64,000 nt of DNA from Cytophagales bacterium. GTDB lineage: Bacteria > Bacteroidota > Bacteroidia > Cytophagales > VRUD01. Where the stretch lies: NCBI GenBank assembly GCA_019456305.1, contig VRUD01000002.1:20118-84117 (forward strand), given 5' to 3'. Positions 62,721 to 64,000 of this stretch are shown here, one piece after another. The notes below the pieces were generated by a model. That model was not told where the DNA came from. It worked only from the letters and a program-made list of their open reading frames with translations, and ran no database searches. Numbering within the stretch: position 1 is the first letter of the stretch; every line of letters starts with the position of its first letter. The translations under genes and the position numbers were made by a program.

Positions 62721-63884
62721 TTATAGAGCATCCAAATACAACTGCTTAAAATCCTCCCTTGTAACTTTTCTCGGATTGCACGGATGACAAAAATCATCCA
62801 CCGCCAGGTCAGTGAGCTGTTCTATATGTTCCTTTTTCACACCTGCTTCCCCTAATTTAGCAGGGAGCCCGATCTTTTGGTTGAGTTCAAGAAGTGCGCT
62901 AACTACCGATTCTCCATCTAAACTTGTCAATCCCATTGCATTGGCAATTCGTTTGTAGGTCGGATTGATAATCCGACCAATAAATGGATCTTCCTGCCCC
63001 GGTATATTAAATTGCATCCCATAAGGTAAATTGATAGCAATTGCCAACCCATGATGCATATTTAGTAAAGTAGAAAGCGGGTGTGCTAATGAATGTACTA
63101 CGCCCAACCCTTTTTGAAAAGCAACGGCACCCATCAGCGAAGCGATCATCATCTTGCTGCGGGATTCAGGAAGTGGCTTATTTACGGCATTATCAAGCGA
63201 TCCGGAGATCAGCCTTATACCCTCAAGGGCAATACCATCGCATAAAGGATGAAAACCACGGGCAAGGAAGGCTTCCATATTATGTGAAAGGGCGTCCATA
63301 CCGGTGGCTGCCGTTATAAACGGGGGTAAATCATAGGTTAGCTCCGGGTCAGCAAAAACCATCTTTGCCACCAGCTTGTGATGAAACAGGATGCGTTTTT
63401 TCTTTGTCTGTTCTTCTGAGATCACAGCGCTTCTCCCTACTTCACTGCCTGTGCCGGCTGTAGTGGGTACCGTAATAAAATGAGGAACAGGTTCTGTTAC
63501 ATATTTTGAGCCTCCGACCAGGTCATCATAATCAAAGAGATCTCTGTGGTGGTTAATCCTCAAAACGATTGCCCTTGCAACGTCCATGGCTGCACCCCCG
63601 CCAATGCCAATAACCGAATCCCGCTTTGATTGATGATAAGCATCTCCTCCTTTTAAGACATCAGATTTTACAGGGTTTTTGTGGATGTCACAAAATATTT
63701 CCAGCTTTAGTTGTTGTCTTTTTAAATCTTCAACAATCTTTTTGAAAAAATCCAGTTCAGCTACATTAGGGTCTGTTACGATTAGTGGATGAGATAAATT
63801 TTGGTCTTTCAGATAAGGCGCTAATTCTTTTATGACACCAGGTCCAAATCTTATGTCAGTAGGAAAACTGTATGAATATTTCAT
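62721..63884 (-). CDS. Iron-containing (group III) alcohol dehydrogenase
   Basis: 387 aa. 'VIGIGGGAAMDVARA', 'VPTTAGTGSEVG', 'HSLAHPLS..HHG'. Confidence 0.9.
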   Translation of the reverse strand: MKYSYSFPTDIRFGPGVIKELAPYLKDQNLSHPLIVTDPNVAELDFFKKIVEDLKRQQLKLEIFCDIHKNPVKSDVLKGGDAYHQSKRDSVIGIGGGAAMDVARAIVLRINHHRDLFDYDDLVGGSKYVTEPVPHFITVPTTAGTGSEVGRSAVISEEQTKKKRILFHHKLVAKMVFADPELTYDLPPFITAATGMDALSHNMEAFLARGFHPLCDGIALEGIRLISGSLDNAVNKPLPESRSKMMIASLMGAVAFQKGLGVVHSLAHPLSTLLNMHHGLAIAINLPYGMQFNIPGQEDPFIGRIINPTYKRIANAMGLTSLDGESVVSALLELNQKIGLPAKLGEAGVKKEHIEQLTDLAVDDFCHPCNPRKVTREDFKQLYLDAL

Positions 63885-64000
63885 GGATTACAGATTGTTC
63901 CATTGATTAAGGTTAATTTTTCTTCCGATAGTTTTTTATTTAAATCCACACCCGCTATTACGGGTAATCTATGACCTAATTTCAGCCCAACAAAAATCCA
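63881..64000 (-). CDS. 3' end (39 codons) of an unidentified gene that starts beyond the right edge
   Basis: Own translation '..WIFVGLKLGHRLPVIAGVDLNKKLSEEKLTLINGTICNP*'. The TGA stop overlaps the ADH ATG (ATGA). Confidence 0.5.
   Translation of the reverse strand, partial: WIFVGLKLGHRLPVIAGVDLNKKLSEEKLTLINGTICNP

Overview
AT-rich Bacteroidota chromosomal segment. The phylum call rests on T9SS C-terminal sorting domains, TAnnTTTG -7 promoter boxes, Reg_prop/Y_Y_Y sensors, a GldE-like/LptC/PpiD/CoaX core cluster and a Bacteroidota-type RAYT. About 50 genes are supported. They include housekeeping and beta-oxidation genes (acyl-CoA dehydrogenase, acyl-CoA ligase, FadB-like enzyme), AtuA/DUF4387, AnmK, CoaX, a TonB-dependent receptor, an NCS1 permease, a PuuD/ALDH pair, an Fe-ADH and tRNA-Asn(GTT). 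Accessory content includes three T9SS cargo proteins, one TPR-CHAT protein, three toxin-antitoxin pairs (MNT/HepT, two MazEF-like) and a RAYT flanked by inverted REPs. Two things stand out. (1) At 41.1-53.4 kb lies a tandem array of four Reg_prop/Y_Y_Y periplasmic-sensor paralogs. Three end in a conserved three-TM module I do not recognise and have no cytoplasmic output domain; one carries a SpoIIE/PP2C phosphatase. Their end modules are homogenised at the nucleotide level, and a fifth-copy remnant lies next to the tRNA. (2) The window is saturated with GC-rich palindromic mini-elements (CCCGAGTACTCGGG, CCCGCC-N3-GGCGGG, AGACGCCCAAnTTGGGCGTCT, GCCGACT/GCCAACT arrays, C-run/G-run hairpins, a 104-nt MITE). 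These sit in intergenic regions and are also inserted in-frame inside coding regions (AtuA, AnmK, the CHAT and PP2C catalytic domains, propeller loops). Some also supply signal peptides, C-terminal tails, stop codons and possibly promoters. No CRISPR array, rRNA, integrase or prophage was seen. All identities and alignments were done by eye; no database search was possible.
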